A stretch of DNA of 64,000 nt from contig JAHYJM010000005.1 of NCBI GenBank assembly GCA_019428945.1, positions 1,562 to 65,561 of the forward strand, read 5' to 3'. Position numbers and translations under genes: made by a program. The first letter of the stretch is position 1; the number at the start of each line of letters is the position of its first letter. A model generated the notes under the pieces. That model was not told the DNA's origin, did no database searches, and was given only the letters and a program-made list of their open reading frames with translations. This DNA is from Bacillota bacterium (lineage in GTDB: Bacteria; Bacillota; Dethiobacteria; DTU022). Positions 29,072 to 37,088 of this stretch are shown here, piece by piece.

Positions 29072-29702
29072 TATGAAAGCAACTAGTCCTTATATGCAGG
29101 ACCTCACCCGGGGTATAATTAAAGAGAATCCGGTCTTTATTGCCCTGCTGGGTATGTGCCCCACACTCGGGGTCACAGCATTTATTGTTAACGGTGTCGG
29201 TATGGGGCTTGCGGCAACAGCTGTATTAATTGCTTCTAACCTGGTAATTTCCCTGTTGCGCAACTTTATACCCCCACAGGTGCGCATACCCTGCTTTATC
29301 GTGATTATCGCCACTTTTGTTACTATAATTGAAATGGTCCTGCAGGCTTTTCAACCTGTATTGTACGAAGCACTTGGCGTGTTTGTACCGTTAATTGTCG
29401 TTAACTGTATCATTTTGGGCAGAGCTGAAGCATTTGCCAGCAAAAGGCCGGTAATACGATCTCTATTAGATGGCATTGGCATGGGGATCGGATTTACCCT
29501 TGCCCTTTTTATTTTAGCAGCAGTACGTGAAATACTCGGTCATGGAACTATTCTTGGCCCCGACCCGGATAGCGCCATCCATCTTTTTGGGGCAAATTTT
29601 GAACCGATGGCTCTTTTTGCTCAGCCTGCAGGTGCGTTCATTGCCCTGGGGCTACTTCTGGCCATTGTGAATTTGCTCTTTAAGCGCTTTAACATTAATT
29701 AG
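29049..29702 (+). CDS. rnfE: Rnf complex subunit E
   Basis: NqrD/RnfE-type sequence (ENPVFIALLGMCPTLGV). The real start is probably ATG 29073. Confidence 0.9.
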   Translation: MKVEVKTDMKATSPYMQDLTRGIIKENPVFIALLGMCPTLGVTAFIVNGVGMGLAATAVLIASNLVISLLRNFIPPQVRIPCFIVIIATFVTIIEMVLQAFQPVLYEALGVFVPLIVVNCIILGRAEAFASKRPVIRSLLDGIGMGIGFTLALFILAAVREILGHGTILGPDPDSAIHLFGANFEPMALFAQPAGAFIALGLLLAIVNLLFKRFNIN

Positions 29703-29746
29703 GTGAATCAGACTGATATGTCTGTTAGCCTGGGCAGGAGGATAAT

Positions 29747-30328
29747 ATGGAAAAGCTGCTTTCAATTATATTTATCTATATTTTTGTAGAAAACTTTGTT
29801 TTGCAGCGATTTTTCGGGATCTGTCCGTTTTTAGGTGTTTCCCGGAAAATGGAAACTGCAATCGGGATGAGCATGGCGGTTGTATTTGTCATGACTATTG
29901 CTACACTTGTGACCTGGTTGCTCTATAATTTTATTTTGGTTCCATTTAACCTGACTTACCTTCAGATAGTAACCTTTATCTTGGTTATAGCGTCGCTGGT
30001 TCAACTTGTAGAGATAGTGCTGCGGAAGATCAGCCCCACTCTTTACCAGGGTTTGGGGATCTTTTTACCGCTAATAACCACCAACTGTGCGGTAATGGCA
30101 GTTGCTCTCCTGGCAGTAAGGCAGGAGTTTTCCCTGTTAGAAGCGGTCGTGTTTGCCATCGCTGCATCTATAGGTTTCTCTTTGGCCCTTATTATTATGG
30201 CCGGAATCAGGGAACGACTCGAATTAGCCAAGATGCCCGATGTATTACAGGGATCTGCAGTGACGTTGGTTACTGCCGGTATATTGTCACTGGCATTTTT
30301 AGGGTTTAAGGGAATGTTGACTTTATAG
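29747..30328 (+). CDS. rnfA: Rnf complex subunit A
   Basis: NqrE/RnfA-type sequence, 193 aa, six transmembrane helices. Confidence 0.9.
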   Translation: MEKLLSIIFIYIFVENFVLQRFFGICPFLGVSRKMETAIGMSMAVVFVMTIATLVTWLLYNFILVPFNLTYLQIVTFILVIASLVQLVEIVLRKISPTLYQGLGIFLPLITTNCAVMAVALLAVRQEFSLLEAVVFAIAASIGFSLALIIMAGIRERLELAKMPDVLQGSAVTLVTAGILSLAFLGFKGMLTL

Positions 30329-30365
30329 AGACATTCTTTGATATAATTTACTATTCTTATGCGAG

Positions 30366-31232
30366 GTGAATTTAACCGTGCTAATAATATATGCAATAGC
30401 TGCATTAGGTGTAATCGGCCTCCTCTTTGGTCTTTTCCTCGGTGTGGCAGCCCGTTTTTTTGCAGTAGACACCGACCCGCGTGTTGAAGCCGTAAAAGAG
30501 GAATTACCGGGAGCTAACTGCGGCGCCTGTGGTTATGCCGGGTGTGCAAACTTTGCTGAAGCAGTAGTAAGCGGTGAAGCAAAAGTCAATGGCTGTATCC
30601 CGGGAGGAGATGAAACCTCTAAAGCAATTGCAGGCTTATTGGGACAGGAAGTCGGAAGTTCTGTTCAGCCGGTGGCTACTGTCTTTTGCATCGGGGACAG
30701 CTTCAAAACCAGTGATAAGTTTATTTATGACGGTGTAGCTGATTGTGAGGTGGCTGGTAACTTCCTTGGTGGATTTAAAACATGCAGTTATGGTTGCCTG
30801 GGATATGGCAACTGTGTGAAAGCCTGTCTATTTGATGCAATAAAAATGGGTGAGCACGGACTGCCTGTTGTTGATACAGAGAAATGTACCGGCTGCGGGT
30901 TATGCGCAAATGCCTGCCCGAGAACTATCATTAAGATGCTTCCCAGGGGCGATAGCGGCTATCTGGTTCTGTGCAACTCACATGATCGGGGTAAGTCAGT
31001 ATCCAAAGCCTGTGAAGTCGGCTGTATAGCCTGCAAGGCATGTGTGAAGGTTTGCCCGGAAGAGGCTATAGTGATGGAGGATAATCTGGCCGTGATAGAT
31101 CTGGAAAAATGCACCGACTGCGGCAAGTGCGCCGAAAAATGCCCTCCTGTGACGATATACAGGCGCAACGCCATTCCTACGGAGGCGCAGGCGCTTGCCT
31201 ATGCCGCGGAAAAATCAGCAGAGTCGGCCTAG
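30366..31232 (+). CDS. rnfB: Rnf complex subunit B (polyferredoxin)
   Basis: N-terminal anchor plus multiple Cys clusters (CTGCGLCANACP, CIACKACVKVCP, CTDCGKCAEKCP). Confidence 0.9.
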   Translation: MNLTVLIIYAIAALGVIGLLFGLFLGVAARFFAVDTDPRVEAVKEELPGANCGACGYAGCANFAEAVVSGEAKVNGCIPGGDETSKAIAGLLGQEVGSSVQPVATVFCIGDSFKTSDKFIYDGVADCEVAGNFLGGFKTCSYGCLGYGNCVKACLFDAIKMGEHGLPVVDTEKCTGCGLCANACPRTIIKMLPRGDSGYLVLCNSHDRGKSVSKACEVGCIACKACVKVCPEEAIVMEDNLAVIDLEKCTDCGKCAEKCPPVTIYRRNAIPTEAQALAYAAEKSAESA

Positions 31233-31351
31233 TTCGGATCTGTCTTTTACGGCAGGATTTAGTTTAGGCCTTTGCTGAAGCAATAACAACTGTTACAGGC
31301 AGGTTTTGAGCGATCATAAACCGAATTTGTAACATGCAGACAAGATAATGA

Positions 31352-31402
31352 CTGAAGCGGGATCAAGTTCAAAATGTGATCTATTCCCGCTTCAGCTTTA
31401 TT
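31352..31402 (+). terminator. Candidate intrinsic terminator/attenuator between rnfB and the antiporter module
   Basis: CTGAAGCGGGA / TCCCGCTTCAG is an 11-bp stem with a 22-nt loop, followed by CTTTATT. Confidence 0.4.
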
Positions 31403-31485
31403 GGGAGTCGTCTACAGTAATAATGGCATTAGGAAAGAATTATCTCTCAAATCTCCTGATTCTAACTACCGAGGTGGAGATAAAC

Positions 31486-31977
31486 ATGAACAGGCAGTGG
31501 TTAAACTACATTGGTATAACACTAATTCTATTGGTTTTCTGGATAGCTGTTAGTGGCTCCCTTAGTTGGCCGCAGCTTGTCGTTGGCCTGGCAACGGCTA
31601 TCTTTGTAACTTATTTTAATCGTAATTTACTGATCACTGCTGAAGAAAGACCGCCAATTCGGCTGCGAACTATAATCTGGTTATTTGGTTATCTTTTTCA
31701 GCTGCTTTGGGCGATTGTGATTGCTAATTTTCATGTGGCCTGGATAGTAATGCATCCTAAAATGCCGATTGAGCCAAACCTTGTCTCGCTGGAGGTTGAT
31801 ATCGATAGAGTATCGAGTCGTGTATTGCTTGCAAATTCCATTACCCTTACTCCCGGAACACTGACAGTACTTGCCGATGAAAAGAAATTTCTTGTTCATG
31901 CCCTGACAGTTTCAAGCGGAGAAGATCTTAAAGAATGGAGTTTAATTGACCGAATCAGGGAAATGGAGGAGGCCTGA
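31486..31977 (+). CDS. mrpE: Mrp/Mbh-type antiporter small subunit E (MnhE/MbhA-like)
   Basis: ATG 31486 with RBS GAGGTGGAG. The membrane N-terminus plus a soluble C-terminus is typical of MnhE. It is the first gene of a run in MbhA-H-like order. Confidence 0.7.
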   Translation: MNRQWLNYIGITLILLVFWIAVSGSLSWPQLVVGLATAIFVTYFNRNLLITAEERPPIRLRTIIWLFGYLFQLLWAIVIANFHVAWIVMHPKMPIEPNLVSLEVDIDRVSSRVLLANSITLTPGTLTVLADEKKFLVHALTVSSGEDLKEWSLIDRIREMEEA

Positions 31978-31979
31978 TC

Positions 31980-32261
31980 ATGAATATCTCTCAGATCCTT
32001 GATTTTTCGTACAACCTGGGCGCTATTCTGGTCATGCTGATGATCTTTCTTTCGCTGATCAGGGCGTTAAAAGGGCCGACTGCTCCTGACAGGGTTGCGG
32101 CAATCAATATCATCGGCACAAAAACTGTTGTTATTATTACCCTGATTGCCCGGATCTATGAACAGATTTACTTTTTGGATGTAGCTATGGTTTATGCCCT
32201 GATGAGCTTTATTACTACTGTAGGTGTGGCCAAATACCTTGAGAAGGGAGCTCTTGACTGA
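31980..32261 (+). CDS. mrpF: Mrp/Mbh-type antiporter subunit F (MnhF)
   Basis: 93 aa, three transmembrane helices, MnhF-like. Confidence 0.7.
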   Translation: MNISQILDFSYNLGAILVMLMIFLSLIRALKGPTAPDRVAAINIIGTKTVVIITLIARIYEQIYFLDVAMVYALMSFITTVGVAKYLEKGALD

Positions 32262-32592
32262 TATTAATCACCTGATAGAACCATTATTTGATTTAATATC
32301 ACTGATCAGCCTGATCGGGGGTCTCTTTTTTCTCTTTGTAGGAACGGTAGGGCTCCTGAGACTTCCTGATGTTTTTAACAGGCTGCATGCTACAACCAAA
32401 TGCGATACTTTAGGGGCAGGGTTGGTTCTTCTCTCTCTTGCTGTGCAGAGCACCCCTGCGACTGGTATAAGGCTTGCCCTGATTATTATTTTTATAATCG
32501 TTACTAACCCGACGGCAGCACATGTTATAGCGCGGGCAGCATATAAAACAGGTATTAAACCGCTTACCGGCAGGAGGTTATCTGATGACTGA
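32224..32592 (+). CDS. mrpG: Mrp/Mbh-type antiporter subunit G (MnhG)
   Basis: The MnhG-like sequence includes LRLPDVFNRLHATTKCDTLGAG. The start is probably TTG ~32254. Confidence 0.7.
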   Translation: MWPNTLRRELLTDINHLIEPLFDLISLISLIGGLFFLFVGTVGLLRLPDVFNRLHATTKCDTLGAGLVLLSLAVQSTPATGIRLALIIIFIIVTNPTAAHVIARAAYKTGIKPLTGRRLSDD

Positions 32593-32824
32593 TATTCTAA
32601 ATATACTCCTCCTTTTATTTTTGATCGTATGTGCCGTTGGTGTCGCTCATATTCGAGACCTGCTAAGCGCGGTAATCCTCTTTTCTGCTTTCGGTTTAAT
32701 AATGGCTATAATTTGGCAGCAGCTCGGCGCTCCCGACATTGCCATGGTTGAAGCTGCTCTCGGAACCGGTGTGGCAGCGCTTCTGCTTATTGCTGCGATA
32801 AGCAAAACTAAGCGCGCTGAATAA
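32585..32824 (+). CDS. Small membrane subunit, DUF4040/MbhD-like (MnhB N-terminal-half homologue)
   Basis: 79 aa, two to three transmembrane helices. Its position after G matches MbhD in Mbh/Mbx-type operons. Confidence 0.5.
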   Translation: MTDILNILLLLFLIVCAVGVAHIRDLLSAVILFSAFGLIMAIIWQQLGAPDIAMVEAALGTGVAALLLIAAISKTKRAE

Positions 32825-32847
32825 CTTTAAGCCGGGAGGTAACCTGA

Positions 32848-33192
32848 ATGTCCTACATCCTTATACTATTTTTAGTCATACTGGCTATATTTTTACGTTT
32901 TGTGATAGGGGTAGAGCTGAGAAGCATCCTGACCATATACCTTCTTGGTTTAATTGTGTACCTCTTTAGCTTTACTGTGGCAGAGATGCCTCCCTTTGGC
33001 AGACCTGATAATCCGGCTTTCAATGAAGTTCCTGCTCGCTATCTTGAAGCAGGCCCCTCCGAAACAGGGGCAATTAATATTATAAGCAGCGTAATTACAG
33101 ATTACAGGGCTTTTGACACCCTTGGTGAAGCGACTGTTCTTTTTGTGGCTATAGCTGCTGCCGTTGCAACTCTCAAATCGCACCGATATTAA
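32848..33192 (+). CDS. MnhB-domain small membrane subunit (MbhE-like)
   Basis: The ITDYRAFDTLGE motif is characteristic of MnhB-related domains. Confidence 0.6.
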   Translation: MSYILILFLVILAIFLRFVIGVELRSILTIYLLGLIVYLFSFTVAEMPPFGRPDNPAFNEVPARYLEAGPSETGAINIISSVITDYRAFDTLGEATVLFVAIAAAVATLKSHRY

Positions 33193-33201
33193 AAGGGGGA
33201 G

Positions 33202-33660
33202 ATGATGTTGGAAGATCAAATTGTCCGGATAACCAGCCGACTGGTAGCCCCTTTTATTCAGGTTTACGGTATATATGTTATTCTGCATGGACACCTCTCG
33301 CCCGGTGGTGGTTTTTCAGGCGGGGCAATTTTCGGAGCAAGCCTGGTTTTAATTGCGCTTTCATTTAATCTTGAAGCCGGGGTAAAACAGATATCACACC
33401 AGACAGCATCTGTTTTAGAGAGCGGCGGCGCTCTCGGTTTTACTGTAACCGGCCTGATTGCGATCGCGCTCGGGGGTAATTATCTTGCGAACCGTGCGGC
33501 CGGTTTTCCACTCGGTGAAGCAGGACAGTTTTTCAGTTCAGGAGCAATTATGGTTATAACTGTTTTTGTCGGGATTAAAGTTGCAAGTACCATTACAACT
33601 CTTTTTTACAATATTATTGAGAAGGAGACCCCTCATGGAAACAGTAAGCAGGCTGACTGA
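33202..33660 (+). CDS. MnhB/MrpB-like membrane subunit (MbhF-like)
   Basis: HGHLSPGGGFSGGAIFG is the MrpB-core signature. Confidence 0.6.
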   Translation: MMLEDQIVRITSRLVAPFIQVYGIYVILHGHLSPGGGFSGGAIFGASLVLIALSFNLEAGVKQISHQTASVLESGGALGFTVTGLIAIALGGNYLANRAAGFPLGEAGQFFSSGAIMVITVFVGIKVASTITTLFYNIIEKETPHGNSKQAD

Positions 33661-34003
33661 AAACTATTTTTATCTCGTGGCGATTATTTTATTCGTGATA
33701 GGTACCCACACTATGCTTACTCATTCCAACATGATCAAAAAAGTCATTGCTATGAATATCATGGATAGTTCAGTTTTCCTGCTCTTTGTTGCCATCGGTT
33801 ACACTCACGGCGCTCAAGCCCCTATCATCAGAGATGGTGCTGATATAGTCTATGCGAATCCGCTTCCCGGAGCGCTGATTGTTACCGGTATAGTTGTGGC
33901 TGTCAGTGTAACGGCTTATGCACTGAGCATCATTGTCAAAATCCAGAGAAGTTACGGAACCATTGATTGTGATGAAATTTGTGAGTTAAGGAGCGATGAT
34001 TAG
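33635..34003 (+). CDS. mrpC: Mrp/Mbh antiporter subunit C (NuoK-like)
   Basis: ATG 33635 with RBS GAGAAGGAGA. The NuoK/MnhC-like sequence includes MNIMDSSVFLLFVAIGY. Confidence 0.7.
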   Translation: METVSRLTENYFYLVAIILFVIGTHTMLTHSNMIKKVIAMNIMDSSVFLLFVAIGYTHGAQAPIIRDGADIVYANPLPGALIVTGIVVAVSVTAYALSIIVKIQRSYGTIDCDEICELRSDD

Positions 34004-35481
34004 TGGAGTCTGCCGGCCATCAACCGGTCTTAATTATAGTAACACTTCTAATAAGCGCTTTTCTTTCCCCGCTACTTTACCGGTGGAGGAAATTTCTGTC
34101 TGGAATGGTTCTGCTGGCAGCTTTGACAGGAGCTTTTGTTACTGCGCTTACACTTCTCGGTCAGGTAGCCCGCTCCGGCGAGCTCTCATACTACCTGGGC
34201 AACTGGCCTCCTCCCTGGGGGATTGAGCTGGTAATAGATCCACTGCGTGTATATATGCTTCTTGTTGTTACAGGAGTAAGTCTTTGGATTTTTGTTTATG
34301 CACTGCGTGATCTTGAGCATGAACTTCATCATGATGTGATAGGCTGGTATTATTCACTGTATGCTTTGCTTGTTGCTTCTATGTCAGCTATGACCCTGAC
34401 TAATGATTTATTTAACCTTTTTGTCCTGATGGAGATATGTGCAATTTCTGCCTGCGCCATTATTACTATTAAAGACAAGCGGGAATGTTTAGAGGCCGGT
34501 TTTAAATATTTGATCATGAGCGCCATGGGTACGGGCTGTTTTTTACTTGGGGTTGCAATGATTTATATGGTAACAGGCTATCTTAATTTCTCTTTTATTC
34601 AAACAGGACTGGCTGCTGCCCTGTCTGAATATCCTTTAAATATTTTTACAGCCGCAGCACTTTTTATAGTTGCTTTCGGCACTAAAGCAGCTCTCTTTCC
34701 TTTACATGTCTGGCTGCCCGATGCTCATGCTTCTGCTCCATCGCCTTCCAGCGCAATGCTGTCGGGATTGGTTATAAAAATTTATGCCTTTGCTCTTTTT
34801 ATGATATTTTACAGAGTATTCCCCCGCTCGTTGCTTGATGCCATTCCGCTGAATGAAATCATACTCTGGCTTGGCGCGATGGGAGTTATGTTTGGTTCCA
34901 TTTATGCTATGCTGCAGACTGATCTGAAAAAAATGCTTGCATACTCAAGCATTGGGCAGATTGCCTTCATTTTTATGGGCATTGGCCTCGATCAACCACT
35001 GGCTTTGACTGGAGGCCTTTACCATATTATGGTTCATGCTTTTACCAAGTCAATGCTGTTTATGTCAGCCGGTGCGATAATCTATTCTACAGGTGTTCGC
35101 CGCATCAGCGATCTGGCTGGAATTGGAAGAGTATTGCCCATTCCACTGCTGGCGTTTACCATAGGCAGCGCTTCGATGATTGGGCTGCCCGGAACAGGCG
35201 GATTAATAAGCAAATGGTACCTGGCCCTGGGGGCACTAGAAACGGGGCGAATCTTTTTTTTACTGGTTATTCTGGCCAGCAGCCTGCTTAATGCGATCTA
35301 TTACATGCCTATAGTGATCAATGCTTTTATGAGCGGAGATGAGTTTAAAGAAAAAGTAAAAACTGTACCTCCTTCGATGCAGGCCACCCTGGTTGTGGGT
35401 ATTTTGCTTGTAGTGATCAGCGGGATATTTTCCCGACAGATAATTGTTCTATTCGAACAGGCTTTAACATCTTTATATTAA
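34003..35481 (+). CDS. mrpD: Mrp/Mbh antiporter-like large subunit D (NuoN/NuoM family)
   Basis: 492 aa. Antiporter-module motifs are present (LFPLHVWLPDAHASAPSPSSAMLSG). Confidence 0.8.
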   Translation: MESAGHQPVLIIVTLLISAFLSPLLYRWRKFLSGMVLLAALTGAFVTALTLLGQVARSGELSYYLGNWPPPWGIELVIDPLRVYMLLVVTGVSLWIFVYALRDLEHELHHDVIGWYYSLYALLVASMSAMTLTNDLFNLFVLMEICAISACAIITIKDKRECLEAGFKYLIMSAMGTGCFLLGVAMIYMVTGYLNFSFIQTGLAAALSEYPLNIFTAAALFIVAFGTKAALFPLHVWLPDAHASAPSPSSAMLSGLVIKIYAFALFMIFYRVFPRSLLDAIPLNEIILWLGAMGVMFGSIYAMLQTDLKKMLAYSSIGQIAFIFMGIGLDQPLALTGGLYHIMVHAFTKSMLFMSAGAIIYSTGVRRISDLAGIGRVLPIPLLAFTIGSASMIGLPGTGGLISKWYLALGALETGRIFFLLVILASSLLNAIYYMPIVINAFMSGDEFKEKVKTVPPSMQATLVVGILLVVISGIFSRQIIVLFEQALTSLY

Positions 35482-35552
35482 GCAACTATAATATCCGTAT
35501 TTTAGTTGAAATATTCAGGTAATAACCATATAATAAGCTATAACGTGTTAAG

Positions 35553-37088
35553 TTGGGAGTGGTGGTATTGGATCAAGCATCAATCATCATAATCATGGTA
35601 GTAATTGTTGCATTGCCTGTTGTTATGACTCCGGTTCTTATGTATATCTGCCGCATTTCCGACCGATTGCGCAACGGCCTTGCCATTTTAACCGCGGCGG
35701 CAACTTTTATTCTCACCTTATTGCTATATCCCTTCATCCGGGACGGGGGAGTAGTTCAGCAGAGTTTGTTTGAAATTCTGCCTAACCTTGAAATATCAAT
35801 TCATCTCGATATTCTAAGCTTTAGCCTTGCAGCTTTGGCCTCATTCATATGGTTGCTTTGTACCATTTATTCTATTGACTATATGGCCAAGGAGCATGCC
35901 TGCAGCAGATATTATCCGGTCCTTATTTTTACTTTGGGTGCCTGCCAGGGAATATTCTTTGCCGGGGATCTTTTCAGTCTTTTTGTATTCTTTGAACTCA
36001 TGTCTATTATTGCCTATATCCTGATTATTCATGAGCAGACCGAGGAAGCCCTGAAAGCCGGGTATAAATACTTGGTGATGACTATTATCGGCGGTTTGGC
36101 GCTGTTCTTTGGAATTATTATTGTTTTTGAAATCGGCGGCACCGTTTCTCTCGGTGTGGGTGTTATAATCGGTGAACCTTCATTACTGGCCCTAATTGCT
36201 TTTATCTGTTTTCTGATTGGTTTTGGGATGAAGGCCGGAATGTTTCCCTTACATGTCTGGCTGCCTGATGCACACCCTGTTGCTCCCTCGCCGGCCAGCG
36301 CACTGCTTTCCGGAGTGATGCTTAAAACAGGCGCCTACGGTTTAATTCGGGTTGTATTTCATGTCTATTCTGTTGATCTTCTCAGAAGCAGTGGTTGGAA
36401 TAATATCCTGGCGATTCTTGCTGTTATAACCATACTGCTTGGTTCGGCCGTAGCCCTCACGCAGACTGATATAAAACGCCGTCTTGCATATTCCAGTATC
36501 AGCCAGCTCGGTTATGTTTTGCTTGGGCTGAGTATTTTAAACAACAATGCCCTTACAGGAGCAGTCTTTCATATTTTCAGCCACGCTTTTATGAAGAGCG
36601 CACTCTTCCTTGCAGCAGGGGCAATAATATGGAAAACAGGAATTCGCAACATTAATGATATGAAAGGCCTGGGCAGGTTAATGCCCGTTACCATGGGCAG
36701 TTTTTCGTTAGCCGCTCTGGCCATGATCGGTATTCCGCCTCTGAACGGGTTCCTTAGCAAGTGGACCCTTGCCCTTGGCGCTCTTGATGCAGGTATGCCT
36801 GGGTATGTTATGGTTCTTTTAATAAGCAGCCTGCTTAATGCTCTTTACTATCTGCCCATAATAATTCCGGCTTTCTTTGAATCACCTGAAGGCGAAGAGA
36901 TTAATGATCATGGGGATGAGGGAAGCCATGAAGTCTTGTTTAAAATCAAGGAAGCGACTCCGTTGATGCTTTCGGCAATAGTTATTCTTGCCCTCTGTAC
37001 AATATTCTTTGGATTAACGCCAAACAATATTATCTTTTCTTTATCGCGCCTCACGGCCCTGTTTTTACTGGGGGGAGGGTCCTTCTAA
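35553..37088 (+). CDS. Second antiporter-like large subunit (NuoM/MrpD family)
   Basis: 511 aa. Paralogous motifs are present (MFPLHVWLPDAHPVAPSPASALLSG). Confidence 0.8.
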   Translation: MGVVVLDQASIIIIMVVIVALPVVMTPVLMYICRISDRLRNGLAILTAAATFILTLLLYPFIRDGGVVQQSLFEILPNLEISIHLDILSFSLAALASFIWLLCTIYSIDYMAKEHACSRYYPVLIFTLGACQGIFFAGDLFSLFVFFELMSIIAYILIIHEQTEEALKAGYKYLVMTIIGGLALFFGIIIVFEIGGTVSLGVGVIIGEPSLLALIAFICFLIGFGMKAGMFPLHVWLPDAHPVAPSPASALLSGVMLKTGAYGLIRVVFHVYSVDLLRSSGWNNILAILAVITILLGSAVALTQTDIKRRLAYSSISQLGYVLLGLSILNNNALTGAVFHIFSHAFMKSALFLAAGAIIWKTGIRNINDMKGLGRLMPVTMGSFSLAALAMIGIPPLNGFLSKWTLALGALDAGMPGYVMVLLISSLLNALYYLPIIIPAFFESPEGEEINDHGDEGSHEVLFKIKEATPLMLSAIVILALCTIFFGLTPNNIIFSLSRLTALFLLGGGSF